Notes under the pieces: model-generated
The model's database searches: none
Told to the model about the DNA's origin: nothing
The model's input: the letters and a program-made list of their open reading frames with translations, nothing else
Source: Candidatus Scatovivens sp.
Lineage (GTDB): Bacteria > Bacillota > Clostridia > TANB77 > CAG-508
NCBI GenBank assembly: GCA_045646345.1
Contig: JAZRKN010000015.1
Span: forward strand, 192,001-256,000
DNA length: 64,000 nt
Direction: 5' to 3'
Shown: positions 9,947-19,242 of the stretch, in pieces
Layout of the letters: each line of letters opens with the position of its first letter
Position numbering within the stretch: position 1 is the first letter of the stretch
Translations under genes and position numbers: made by a program

Positions 9947-10450
9947 ATGAGTTATTCAATTGAATCAGAAAGACTTCTGCTTCGGCCATTCAAATTAGCA
10001 GATGCAGAAGAATACTTTCAAATGACAAGTGATGCTACAATTAGACACTATATTCCCCACTGCTGGAAAAACACAATTGAAAAAACAAGAGATTTAATCT
10101 CAAAATATTATTTACATGGAGATTTTTCAAGAGACTTTTACATTATAGTCGAAGATAAATTCTCTCATGAAATAATTGGTTCAATTATCGCAGTTGCAAC
10201 AAGAACAAAACCTTTAGACCTTGATATATCATTCATGATAAAAGCAGAAAAACGCAATCAAGGTTATATGTTTGAAGCTCTTGAAGCATTCATGCGGTCT
10301 GTATCCAAACCAGCTTATCTTACCTTTATGATAAAGAAAGATAATGTTGCTTCATTAAAAACAATTGCGAAATTTCCAGTCATAAGAGAATACAAAATCT
10401 CAGGGAAAAATTACGAAAACGAGATATTCTTCGTTATCGAACACAAGTAG
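9947..10450 (+). CDS. GNAT family N-acetyltransferase (RimJ/RimL-like)
   Basis: IESERLLLRPFKLADAEE, RNQGYMFEAL, DNVASLK; GGAGG RBS before ATG 9947. Confidence 0.85.
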   Translation: MSYSIESERLLLRPFKLADAEEYFQMTSDATIRHYIPHCWKNTIEKTRDLISKYYLHGDFSRDFYIIVEDKFSHEIIGSIIAVATRTKPLDLDISFMIKAEKRNQGYMFEALEAFMRSVSKPAYLTFMIKKDNVASLKTIAKFPVIREYKISGKNYENEIFFVIEHK

Positions 10451-10503
10451 CACCCCAATATAAATCGTATCACTTTTCCAATTTTTGTATGCGATTTAAA
10501 CAA

Positions 10504-10537
10504 AAACCCCACTCAAGATATACTTGAGTGGGGTTTG
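10504..10537. terminator. Bidirectional intrinsic terminator
   Basis: AACCCCACTCAAG-ATATA-CTTGAGTGGGGTT between convergent genes. Confidence 0.85.
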
Positions 10538-10553
10538 TTTTTTAAAAATAACA

Positions 10554-11189
10554 TTAATAAAAATTTTCAACAAGGAAAATAAGTTTAATCCAAGGCAAAG
10601 ACACTTTGTAGATTTTTTTATCTGCGATAAACTCTTCAAACTCTTTCTCTAAATAAAATTTTTTGAGTCTAATATCACAGAGACGATTGAAATATACCTG
10701 CAGACGTCTTATGTTCATCATTTTGCTAGTTCTCCAAGAACCGGTATATTTTTTCTTTTTGAGTTTGTAATATTCGTCTGTAGGCTTCATTTTCACTCTT
10801 GCTTTTTGGAAAATGTTTTCCTCTAACAGATCTCCACCTTCCAGATAAATCTGATATGCAGCTACTGGAGCTTCGATATGGTAATTTGAAAGCCATAATT
10901 CATAATCCCAAATAAATTGCCGCAGATCGGCTGGAAAAACTTCCAAATTGGTAAAGAACTTTTCAAGCTTTGCTCTAAAAGCTTTCACTTCTTCAGATTC
11001 TTCTGGAAGCGCTTCTACACTTTCTTCGTATTCAAGGTCTCGTCTCTTATCTCTAATAAGATCACTGATAACTCTTCTTGGAACCTCGTATTCTACAGAA
11101 AGCTTTACCAAATTATCCAGTGCTAATAATACTTCTTCTGGAATATTACTTTCCTTTTCTTTTTCAATATTTACTGATGTCGTTCTCAT
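10554..11189 (-). CDS. Hypothetical protein, paralog of 11303..11938
   Basis: GGAGG RBS, own promoter; shares FR.K.EKFF.N, NYH.EA...AY, NI...A...M motifs with neighbour. Confidence 0.75.
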   Translation of the reverse strand: MRTTSVNIEKEKESNIPEEVLLALDNLVKLSVEYEVPRRVISDLIRDKRRDLEYEESVEALPEESEEVKAFRAKLEKFFTNLEVFPADLRQFIWDYELWLSNYHIEAPVAAYQIYLEGGDLLEENIFQKARVKMKPTDEYYKLKKKKYTGSWRTSKMMNIRRLQVYFNRLCDIRLKKFYLEKEFEEFIADKKIYKVSLPWIKLIFLVENFY

Positions 11190-11267
11190 AATTGTAGTAC
11201 CTCCATATTGAACGCGCTAAGGGTTAAGGGTTAACATAAGAAATTATAACATATATTTAAAAAAACT

Positions 11268-11295
11268 GCAAGAGGCTAGCAATGCTAGCCTCTTG
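11268..11295. terminator. Hairpin between the two paralogs
   Basis: CAAGAGGCTAGC-AAT-GCTAGCCTCTTG. Confidence 0.7.
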
Positions 11296-11302
11296 AGAAA
11301 TA

Positions 11303-11938
11303 TCAAGAATTACAGATTAAATATATCATTTTAAGCCAGACTTCTTCGCTGGCACTATAGTCATAGTCAAACAAGAATCTATTGCAATCTTTATTTAAAT
11401 CTTTATTTGAAAGAAGTAAATCCTTTGTTAAAGCTTCAAAATAGTTTTTCAAACCTTGGATATTTTCTTTTTTACTTGTTAAATGCCATACTTTTTCTTG
11501 CTTACCAACTAAGCGTTTTTTCATATCTATATAGAAATCAGATACTGACATTCTACTTTTTGCGTTATCATAGATATTTGCTATTGTAAGCGGAACATTT
11601 GCTTTAAACAACTTATATGCAGAGCACATAGCTTCTACATGATAATTTGCAAATTCAAATCTATAGTCGTTAAATGCTAAATTTCCGATTGGCAATAAAT
11701 CAGGATTTGAAAAAAACTTTTCTGTTTTTAATCTAAATTCAGAGAATTTATCATCTTTAATTGGGCAAATAGATTTTGATCTCTTATGCTTTTCTCTTGC
11801 AATATCAAGTTCTACTACAAGCTCTTTGTGAGTTATTCCATACTCATAAGCTTTTATTGCTGTTTCCTCAATTAAGATTTGTAATTCTTGTGGTATTGTT
11901 TTTTCCACGATACTTACTGCTGTCACTTTTGTCTTCAT
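11303..11938 (-). CDS. Hypothetical protein, paralog of 10554..11189
   Basis: GGAGG RBS before ATG 11938; sequence similarity to neighbour. Confidence 0.75.
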   Translation of the reverse strand: MKTKVTAVSIVEKTIPQELQILIEETAIKAYEYGITHKELVVELDIAREKHKRSKSICPIKDDKFSEFRLKTEKFFSNPDLLPIGNLAFNDYRFEFANYHVEAMCSAYKLFKANVPLTIANIYDNAKSRMSVSDFYIDMKKRLVGKQEKVWHLTSKKENIQGLKNYFEALTKDLLLSNKDLNKDCNRFLFDYDYSASEEVWLKMIYLICNS

Positions 11939-11971
11939 ATGTCTTTCCTCCGTACAGTGCCATGTAAACAT

Positions 11972-11999
11972 TGTTTACATAATTAATATTCTAACATAC
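11972..11999 (-). other. dif-like Xer site overlapping a promoter
   Basis: GTATGTTAGAA-TATTAA-TTATGTAAACA vs B. subtilis dif ACTTCCTAGAA-TATATA-TTATGTAAACT (20/28). Confidence 0.45.
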
Positions 12000-12059
12000 T
12001 TTTTTTATATTTGCAAATAAAAAAATAACGATACCTTAATCGGTATCGTTATTTGGATT

Positions 12060-14489
12060 TTATTTTACAACTATATTATAAATTCTTCCTTTTACATATA
12101 TTTCTTTAACCACTGTTTTTCCTTCTATAGCTTTTTGAACTGATTCATTTGCTGCAACAATAGCTTTTACTTCTTCTTCTGAAGCATCTTTAGCCACTAA
12201 AACAACAGCTTTTACTTTTCCATTTAATTGAACTGGAATTTCAATTTCATCATCAATTGTTTTTGCTTCATCAAATACTGGCCAAGGAGTTTCATTAATT
12301 GTTTTTGTTTCTCCTAATATAGCAAATAATTCTTCTGTCATATGAGGTGCAAATGGATTTAATAATTGTAAGAATGTTTTGTATTCAGCTTTATTTATAA
12401 CTTTATCTTTGTAGAATTCGTTTGTCATCTTCATAAATTCTGCAACAGATGTATTGAATTTCATTTCTTCAATATCAGAACTTACTTTTTTGATTGCTTT
12501 ATGCATCATTTTTTCGTGTTCTTTAGAATACTCTTCTCCATCTACTAAAATTTCTTGTAAATTCCATACTCTATCTAAGAATTTTCCACATCCACGAATT
12601 GATTCCATAGACCATGGAGCTGTTTGATCAAATGGTCCCATAAACATTTCATATACTCTAAATGTATCAGCACCAAATTCATTTACTATATCATCAGGAT
12701 TTATAACGTTTCCTTTTGATTTAGACATCTTCTCACCATTTGTTCCTAAAATCATACCATGAGATGTACGTTTTTGATATGGTTCTTTTGTTGGAACAGC
12801 ACCAATATCAAATAAGAATTTATGCCAAAATCTTGAGTATAATAAGTGAAGTGTTGTATGTTCCATACCACCATTATACCAATCGATTGGTGACCAATAA
12901 TCTAAAGCTTCTTTTGAAGCAAATTCTTTATCATTATGAGCATCCATATATCTTAAGAAGTACCAAGATGATCCTGCCCATTGAGGCATTGTATCAGTTT
13001 CTCTTCTTGCATCTTTTCCACAGCATGGACATTTTGTTTTAATCCATTCTGTTTGTTTTGCAAGAGGTGATTCTCCATTTTCACCTGGTTCATAATCTTC
13101 AATATCAGGTAATACAAGTGGAAGTTCTGATTCTGGAATTGGATTCCATCCACAATCTTCACAATATACCATTGGTATTGGTTCTCCCCAATATCTTTGA
13201 CGAGAAAATACCCAATCTCTTAATTTATAGTTAACTTTTCTTTCACCTAATTTGTTTTCTTCAACATACTCAATAGCTTTTTCAATTGCAACTTTACTAT
13301 CTAATCCTGTTAAGAATCCTGAATTAATTGAAACGCCATTATCAACATCTGTAAATGGTAGTTCATCATTTTCTCCATCTTTTGATTTGATAACTTGTTT
13401 AATATCTAATCCCATTTTTGTAGCAAATTCAAAATCTCTATCATCATGAGCTGGAACAGCCATAATAGCACCAGTTCCATAAGTAATTAAAACATAATCT
13501 GAAATCCAAACTGGAATTTCTTCTTGTGTAAATGGATTTACAGCTTTAATTCCTTTTATTTCAACTCCTGTTTTTTCTTTATTTAATTCAGCTCTTTCAA
13601 AATCAGATTTTAATGCAGCTTTTTCTTTATATGCTTTTACTTCATCTAAGTTTGTAATTTTATCAGCATATTTTTCTATTAAATTATGTTCTGGAGCAAC
13701 AACCATGTATGTAGCGCCAAACATTGTATCTGGTCTTGTTGTGTAAATTAATAGATTAGAATCTAATTCTTCTCCATTTGAAGATAATTTAAAATTAACT
13801 TCTGCTCCTTCACTTCTACCAATCCAATTTGTTTGTTGAGCTTTTATTTTATCTAAGAAATCTAAATCTCCTAAATCATCAATTAATCTTTGTGCATATT
13901 CTGTTATTTTTAACATCCATTGTGATTTTTCTTTTTGAACAACTGGACTTCCACATCTTTCACAAACACCATTTACAACTTCTTCGTTAGCTAAACCAAC
14001 TTTACATCCTGTACAGAAGTTAATAGGCATTGTAGCTTTGTATGCTAATCCTTTTTTATAAAGTTGAATAAATATCCATTGAGTCCATTTATAGTATTCT
14101 GGATCAGTTGTATTTATTTCTCTTGACCAGTCAAAAGAAAATCCTAATGCTTGTAATTGTTCTCTAAAATGATTAATATTATTTTCTGTTGTTATTTTAG
14201 GATGAACATGATTTTTAATCGCATAATTTTCAGCTGGGAGTCCGAAAGCATCAAAACCAATTGGATATAAAACATTATATCCTTCCATTCTTTTCTTTCT
14301 AGCAATAATATCTAGAGCTGTGTAACTTCTTGGATGTCCTACATGAAGACCTTGTCCTGATGGATATGGGAATTCAATTAATCCATACCATTTCTTTTCA
14401 TTACTAAAATCTTGTTTTGCATTAAATGTACCTTCTCGATACCATTTTTCTTGCCATTTTCCTTCAATTTCTTTAAAATTATACGCCAT
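12060..14489 (-). CDS. leuS: Leucine--tRNA ligase
   Basis: [36 protein letters not shown]. Confidence 0.99.
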   Translation of the reverse strand: MAYNFKEIEGKWQEKWYREGTFNAKQDFSNEKKWYGLIEFPYPSGQGLHVGHPRSYTALDIIARKKRMEGYNVLYPIGFDAFGLPAENYAIKNHVHPKITTENNINHFREQLQALGFSFDWSREINTTDPEYYKWTQWIFIQLYKKGLAYKATMPINFCTGCKVGLANEEVVNGVCERCGSPVVQKEKSQWMLKITEYAQRLIDDLGDLDFLDKIKAQQTNWIGRSEGAEVNFKLSSNGEELDSNLLIYTTRPDTMFGATYMVVAPEHNLIEKYADKITNLDEVKAYKEKAALKSDFERAELNKEKTGVEIKGIKAVNPFTQEEIPVWISDYVLITYGTGAIMAVPAHDDRDFEFATKMGLDIKQVIKSKDGENDELPFTDVDNGVSINSGFLTGLDSKVAIEKAIEYVEENKLGERKVNYKLRDWVFSRQRYWGEPIPMVYCEDCGWNPIPESELPLVLPDIEDYEPGENGESPLAKQTEWIKTKCPCCGKDARRETDTMPQWAGSSWYFLRYMDAHNDKEFASKEALDYWSPIDWYNGGMEHTTLHLLYSRFWHKFLFDIGAVPTKEPYQKRTSHGMILGTNGEKMSKSKGNVINPDDIVNEFGADTFRVYEMFMGPFDQTAPWSMESIRGCGKFLDRVWNLQEILVDGEEYSKEHEKMMHKAIKKVSSDIEEMKFNTSVAEFMKMTNEFYKDKVINKAEYKTFLQLLNPFAPHMTEELFAILGETKTINETPWPVFDEAKTIDDEIEIPVQLNGKVKAVVLVAKDASEEEVKAIVAANESVQKAIEGKTVVKEIYVKGRIYNIVVK

Positions 14490-14629
14490 AGCTTTCTCTC
14501 CCTTTTTATCAATTTTCGATAGCATGTATTATATACCAAAAATATAGCATTTTCAAGGCATTTATACCATTTTTTATGATTTGTTTTTTATTTATATATA
14601 TATTGTGATTTCGTGGAATATATTGAAAT

Positions 14630-14658
14630 TTGACCTTTTATGTAAACAGTGCTATAAT
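14630..14658 (+). promoter_or_regulatory. SigA promoter of orphan cassette, near-identical to 51750..51778
   Basis: TTGACC-ttttatgtaaacagtgc(17)-TATAAT. Confidence 0.8.
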
Positions 14659-14783
14659 TATAATAGAAAAAACCTAAATACAACCCAAAAACGATTAATT
14701 GTCGTTTTTCTACATTTAGGAGGATGTAGTTTTTGCATGTACGTATAACATTCACTCTCACACATTTTGAGGAGGATCATATT

Positions 14784-15104
14784 ATGCCTTATTCCCGTAC
14801 CGCTCGTCAGTCCAAGCACGATGTTGGCAGCTGCGTCATCGCCACCCTGCCCAAGATCGACTTCAGCTATGGTTACCTCCGGGAAACCGACAAGAATCCC
14901 AACCGTACGTCATACACGATCGGTCACCTCAAGAGGGATGCTCGTTTGTATCTCCGTAATGGTCAGTCCTTCCAGGAGTTCTCTGACTATGTCAACCGGA
15001 TCTACGTAGGCAACCCCGACTTCATCTGGAACCCCAAAAAGAAGGTTCTGTTCGAAGCCCACATGGAACAGCTCAAACAGGGCTGGCCTGTGAAGTACAT
15101 CTAA
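14784..15104 (+). CDS. Hypothetical protein (GC-rich cassette), paralog of 15773..16084
   Basis: GAGGAGG RBS, strong C-ending codon bias, own promoter and terminator. Confidence 0.8.
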   Translation: MPYSRTARQSKHDVGSCVIATLPKIDFSYGYLRETDKNPNRTSYTIGHLKRDARLYLRNGQSFQEFSDYVNRIYVGNPDFIWNPKKKVLFEAHMEQLKQGWPVKYI

Positions 15105-15116
15105 GCTACACACCTG

Positions 15117-15150
15117 TCTCCCTAGCGTCTTCGTTGGGGAGGCTTTTCTT
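15117..15150 (+). terminator. Intrinsic terminator
   Basis: CTCCCTAGCG-TCTT-CGTTGGGGAG followed by a T-tract. Confidence 0.75.
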
Positions 15151-15209
15151 TATATAAAGACAAAATTGTTAAACTTTTATCTATAATAATTTAATTTCAA
15201 CTCATCTTT

Positions 15210-15238
15210 TTGACATTTTATGTATACCATGTTATAAT
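15210..15238 (+). promoter_or_regulatory. SigA promoter of orphan cassette
   Basis: TTGACA-ttttatgtataccatgt(17)-TATAAT. Confidence 0.85.
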
Positions 15239-15304
15239 ATATTTAAGTAAATATACACCCCGTGGCAACTTAGCCACACGTTTGATGAAAAAGGAGAATG
15301 CAAC

Positions 15305-15577
15305 ATGAAGATTATCGTAAACAACCAGGAAACTGACAACACTGTGTACGGGTTCTTCCCTGAGATTCAGGGCAATTCCGGACGCATCGACATCCACACT
15401 GAGTGGGTCCTCGAAAACGTCACAGAGTACAAGAGGCTCGGGAAATCTCTCGAAGAATGCGATCACGATTTGACCGAAGTTTTAACCAAAGCGGCCGACG
15501 CCGATCTCTTCTTTTGGAGAACCCCTGAAATGGAAGCTGTTTTCCACGAAGACATTGCAAAGCTCTTCGCACAGTAA
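15305..15577 (+). CDS. Hypothetical protein (GC-rich cassette)
   Basis: AAGGAG RBS, C-ending codon bias, own promoter and terminator. Confidence 0.8.
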   Translation: MKIIVNNQETDNTVYGFFPEIQGNSGRIDIHTEWVLENVTEYKRLGKSLEECDHDLTEVLTKAADADLFFWRTPEMEAVFHEDIAKLFAQ

Positions 15578-15597
15578 CCCCTGGTTTAAACCCTTTT

Positions 15598-15632
15598 GCC
15601 CCCGCGAACTTACGCGGGGGGTTTTTCTTTTT
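15598..15632 (+). terminator. Intrinsic terminator
   Basis: CCCCCGCG-AACTTA-CGCGGGGG followed by a T-tract. Confidence 0.85.
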
Positions 15633-15651
15633 AGTTAACATCTTCGTAATT

Positions 15652-15680
15652 TTGACACATTATGTAAAATATAGTATAAT
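15652..15680 (+). promoter_or_regulatory. SigA promoter of orphan cassette
   Basis: TTGACA-cattatgtaaaatatag(17)-TATAAT. Confidence 0.85.
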
Positions 15681-15772
15681 ATATATATGATTAATTATAG
15701 ATAATCAGTAGGTCTATAGACCTAGATGCTCATGGAAAATTGCATAGAAAGATCAAACGAGGTATTAACATC

Positions 15773-16084
15773 ATGGCAAAAAAACTATTCAAAACAGGTG
15801 GAACTGGAATGACAACAGAAAGACACGCAAAAAAAGCTAAGATCAGATACGGCATCTTAGTTACCGACCCTACAAAAGTAGATAAGGACAACCGTGCCGA
15901 CATCAACATCAAGATGATTCACGATCAAGTGAAGATGTCTAGAATGTGCAAACATTCTTCTGAAGATTTCATGCGTGCGATTAAGGATTTAGCGGCTAAC
16001 CCTAATATCATTTGGGACCGCCCTTCTGCACAAGATGAATTCATCCAAACAGCTGAAGCAGTTTGGTTCAGAAGAGCTGCATAA
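15773..16084 (+). CDS. Hypothetical protein (cassette), paralog of 14784..15104
   Basis: GAGGT RBS; shared YG.L...NR...I...S..(E/D)F...NP..IW pattern. Confidence 0.8.
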   Translation: MAKKLFKTGGTGMTTERHAKKAKIRYGILVTDPTKVDKDNRADINIKMIHDQVKMSRMCKHSSEDFMRAIKDLAANPNIIWDRPSAQDEFIQTAEAVWFRRAA

Positions 16085-16109
16085 ACTCATATCCAACTCC
16101 CCAACAGTT

Positions 16110-16140
16110 ACCCTTGCGAGCTTTCGCAGGGGTTTTTCCA
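16110..16140 (+). terminator. Intrinsic terminator
   Basis: ACCCTTGCGA-GCTT-TCGCAGGGGT followed by a T-tract. Confidence 0.8.
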
Positions 16141-16190
16141 TTTTATAAACAAAACAAAAAGCAGCGGAAAACCGCTGCTTTTTTGGCTGA

Positions 16191-16835
16191 TTAGTACATC
16201 TTCATAACTTTTTCGAAAGAATCAGCTGCACTAGGTGTATTGTTATCGATTTTGTGGTATTCTGCACCTGCTCCGATAAGAATCTCAAGAATTGCAGGAG
16301 TTTGCTCGTTATACTGAGCAAGTCTCTTTCTCACAATTGCTTCTTCATCATCTTCTCTCTTAACAAGAGGAGCACCACAGTCATCGCACACGCCCTCCAC
16401 CTTAGGCGGATTAAACTCGTTAAGAGTATAAGGCTTTTTACATTTACTGCAGATAATTCTGTCTTTTGCTCGCTGTACGACAACATCGTCGTCTACATGA
16501 AGTTCAACAACAGCATCGGGTTTGTGCCCCATTGCCACCATTGCTTTTGCCTGTACATCAGTTCTCGGGAATCCGTTACAAATAACGGTCTTGGTTGCAG
16601 ATTTAAGTTCTTCTGCAACAAGATGAAGGATAATCTCATCAGGGACGAGTCCGCCTTCTTTCATGATACGCTCGATTGTTCCCCAAAGCTGAGGATCGGT
16701 TTCTTTAACCTTTCTGAGCAAATCACTCATTCCCATAACTTGGTACTTGGCATGGTTTTTCTCCATGAATTTGGCTAGCCGTGTGTCTTTACCAGCCCCG
16801 TTCTTTCCAGTCAATACAATTGTATTTACACTCAT
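16191..16835 (-). CDS. adk: Adenylate kinase family (divergent, zinc-lid type)
   Basis: GKNGAGKDT P-loop, GGLVPDE, GFPRT, CSKC...CDDC lid, REDD. Confidence 0.85.
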   Translation of the reverse strand: MSVNTIVLTGKNGAGKDTRLAKFMEKNHAKYQVMGMSDLLRKVKETDPQLWGTIERIMKEGGLVPDEIILHLVAEELKSATKTVICNGFPRTDVQAKAMVAMGHKPDAVVELHVDDDVVVQRAKDRIICSKCKKPYTLNEFNPPKVEGVCDDCGAPLVKREDDEEAIVRKRLAQYNEQTPAILEILIGAGAEYHKIDNNTPSAADSFEKVMKMY

Positions 16836-17056
16836 CTTAAACGCCCTCCTTCTAAAATTGTCTAATGCTTTAATGAGCACTCAAAATTATAACACAATTT
16901 TATGCAAACTTCAACCTAAATCTCTCTATTTATCAACATTTTTTCTTATTTATACTATTTATTTTACTTATTTATTTACAAAAAAATAAAAACCTCAAAT
17001 ATTAAATCAAATTAATACTTAAAGTTTTCATTCTTTATTATTATTTACTTAAAAGA

Positions 17057-17407
17057 TTAAGCTTTTTTTGCGATTTCAGCTAATTCAGCAAATGCTTTAG
17101 CATCTGATACAGCGATTTCAGCTAACATTTTTCTGTTGATTGTTACATTAGCTTTCTTTAATCCTGCGATTAATTTGCTATATGTTAAACCATTCATTCT
17201 TGCTGCTGCATTAATTCTTGTAATCCATAATTTTCTGAAATCAGATTTTTTATCTTTTCTTCCTACATATGCATACATTCCAGATTTCATAACTGCTTGT
17301 TTAGCATTTCTATATCTGTAGTGTTTTGCACCATAGTATCCTTTAGCCATTTTTAATACTTTTTTATGTCTTGCTCTTGTTGTTCTTGCTGTTTTTACTC
17401 TTGCCAT
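17057..17407 (-). CDS. rplT: 50S ribosomal protein L20
   Basis: MARVK...AKGYYG...[14 protein letters not shown]. Confidence 0.99.
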   Translation of the reverse strand: MARVKTARTTRARHKKVLKMAKGYYGAKHYRYRNAKQAVMKSGMYAYVGRKDKKSDFRKLWITRINAAARMNGLTYSKLIAGLKKANVTINRKMLAEIAVSDAKAFAELAEIAKKA

Positions 17408-17440
17408 TTATTTTCAACTCCTTTTCTTTCCAATATCATT

Positions 17441-17644
17441 CTAGTTACCATATGGTAATAATCTTTTAATTCCTGCTTCTACTGTTTTATCTGCGTAAGC
17501 ATTTTGTACTTTTCCTGTTTTTCTTTGTCTTGCTGTTTTTGTAGCTAAACGGTGTCTTCTGTTAGCTTTTGTTCTTTTTACTTTTTCTGTAGCTGTATAA
17601 GAATATCTTTTCTTTGCAGCTTTATTTGTTTTTAATTTTGGCAT
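17441..17644 (-). CDS. rpmI: 50S ribosomal protein L35
   Basis: MPKLKTNKAAKKRY; lies between infC and rplT. Confidence 0.97.
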   Translation of the reverse strand: MPKLKTNKAAKKRYSYTATEKVKRTKANRRHRLATKTARQRKTGKVQNAYADKTVEAGIKRLLPYGN

Positions 17645-17665
17645 CTTGAAATCTCCCTTCATTTT

Positions 17666-18175
17666 TTATACTTTTTTTGATAATATTACAAACATTGTTT
17701 TACCTTCCAAGAATGGCTTTTTCTCAACTGTTGATATATCTGAAAGATCTTCAACAAATTTATTTAAAACAATTTCTCCTGCTTTAACATTGTTTAATTC
17801 TCTTCCTCTAAATCTTACAGTAAATTTTACCTTGTTACCAGCTTCTAAAAAGCTTCTAGCATTTTTACTTTTGAATGTAAAATCATGTTCACCAATGTTT
17901 GGTGTAACTCTTATCTCTTTAATTTCAACAGTCTTTTGATTTTTTCTAGACTCTTTTTCTTTTTTAGCTTGCTCAAATTTGTATTTTCCATAGTTCATTA
18001 ATTTACAAACTACTGGTTTTGCATTTGGAGCTACTAAAACTAAGTCTAAGTTTGCTTCTTCAGCAAGGTCTAAAGCTTTTTCAATAGAAACAACTCCTAT
18101 TTTTTCTCCTTCAGCACCTATTAATTGGACTTCTTTTTCTTTTATTTGTCCATTGATTGGCAATTCTTGTTTTAT
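17666..18175 (-). CDS. infC: Translation initiation factor IF-3 (probable ATA start)
   Basis: LDLVLVAPNAKPVVCKLMNYGKYKFE, RFRGRE; GGAGGTG RBS followed by ATA, in line with non-AUG infC autoregulation. Confidence 0.97.
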   Translation of the reverse strand: MKQELPINGQIKEKEVQLIGAEGEKIGVVSIEKALDLAEEANLDLVLVAPNAKPVVCKLMNYGKYKFEQAKKEKESRKNQKTVEIKEIRVTPNIGEHDFTFKSKNARSFLEAGNKVKFTVRFRGRELNNVKAGEIVLNKFVEDLSDISTVEKKPFLEGKTMFVILSKKV

Positions 18176-18189
18176 AGTAAAACACCTCC

Positions 18190-18325
18190 CCAAAAAAAAA
18201 TTTGACTTATTTTAAAAAGTCAAATCCACATACTAATTCATTATAATACTTTTATTATTGTTGAATTTTAACCCTATGCTCTTAACTTAAGATAAGGTGA
18301 GAAGTGGATGCTTCTTCTTAAAACA
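18190..18325 (-). ncRNA. L20 leader-like attenuator of infC-rpmI-rplT
   Basis: AAGAAGCATCCACTTCTC 5' segment can pair with GTGGAT; terminator ATTTGACTT...AAGTCAAAT plus T-tract before the infC RBS. Confidence 0.6.
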
Positions 18326-18442
18326 TTAATATATTACTACTTTTTTCCCCAGTTGTCAAGCATTTTTATTATTTTTTATGTCTTTTTTATAAAAAAGAAC
18401 AAAGGGGATAAAAAATCTTTTGCCTTCCCCTTTGTTTTTTGA

Positions 18443-19099
18443 TTATTGGTCTTTTACAAGTGTACATTTCTTTTTTCTGATTGTTGCTACTTTTTCCTTC
18501 AGTCTGAAGTAATAGAAAAGTTTTCTTAATACATCTTGATATTCTTTCCATTCTTCAATACAGTCATCCATATCATATAAATGAAGGCATTTTCTTTCAA
18601 CTTTAGGAATCAGCATTCTTGCTCCTCTTGCTCTTTCTTCAAAAGAAAGTTTGCAACCATCTTGAGTCAAAAGCATACATGGATCTCCTTTTAACTTTTT
18701 ACTCGAAACAGTTGCTATACCAGTTTTCCTGGTTCGTGTGCGTAAGATGTAGAAATACTTTCCTGTTGCCTTAGAACTTTTAAACGTTGACTCAACTATA
18801 TCTCCTGGAAAACTTACAATAGATATATATTGTTTTTCTTCCAGCAGTTTTTTCATAGCCTTAAACGAAAGTTCTTCAAAATCTCTAGGACTCCAATGAC
18901 ATGGTGCCCTTAGACAACACCGACCTCCACATTCTTCACAAATTTCAGGTTTCTCTGCTCTTTCATTCTTGTATAATTCCAATACCTTTTGGCGATAAGC
19001 TTCTGGATTTTTGCAAATTTCATCGATGATTTCAAACAATTCGTTATCCACTTTATCTTGTCCGAAAATCTTTATCAATGTTTCTCGACTTTTGTCCAT
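18443..19099 (-). CDS. CxxCxxxCC cysteine-cluster (YkgJ-like) protein, cassette
   Basis: ICEECGGRCC..PC, CMLLTQDGCKLSFEER. Confidence 0.65.
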   Translation of the reverse strand: MDKSRETLIKIFGQDKVDNELFEIIDEICKNPEAYRQKVLELYKNERAEKPEICEECGGRCCLRAPCHWSPRDFEELSFKAMKKLLEEKQYISIVSFPGDIVESTFKSSKATGKYFYILRTRTRKTGIATVSSKKLKGDPCMLLTQDGCKLSFEERARGARMLIPKVERKCLHLYDMDDCIEEWKEYQDVLRKLFYYFRLKEKVATIRKKKCTLVKDQ

Positions 19100-19242
19100 T
19101 TTTTTATAATTAGCACCTCCAAAAGTACACTTCAAAAAAGACTTCCATCCTATTTTAACACACTTTCAACAATTTTTCAATTATGTAAATCTATTTTAAA
19201 ACAACAAAAAACCCTTTTCAAAAGAAAAGGGCATTTTATATT

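Noticed and set aside
11962-11980. CcpA cre site
   Set aside because: Palindrome spacing and the missing central CG do not fit the cre consensus; treated under the dif-like finding.
15100-16140. Integron attC sites at cassette 3' ends (TAAC...GTT boxes)
   Set aside because: R''/R' boxes are not mutually complementary, the hairpins look like ordinary terminators, each gene has its own promoter, and there is no integrase in the window.
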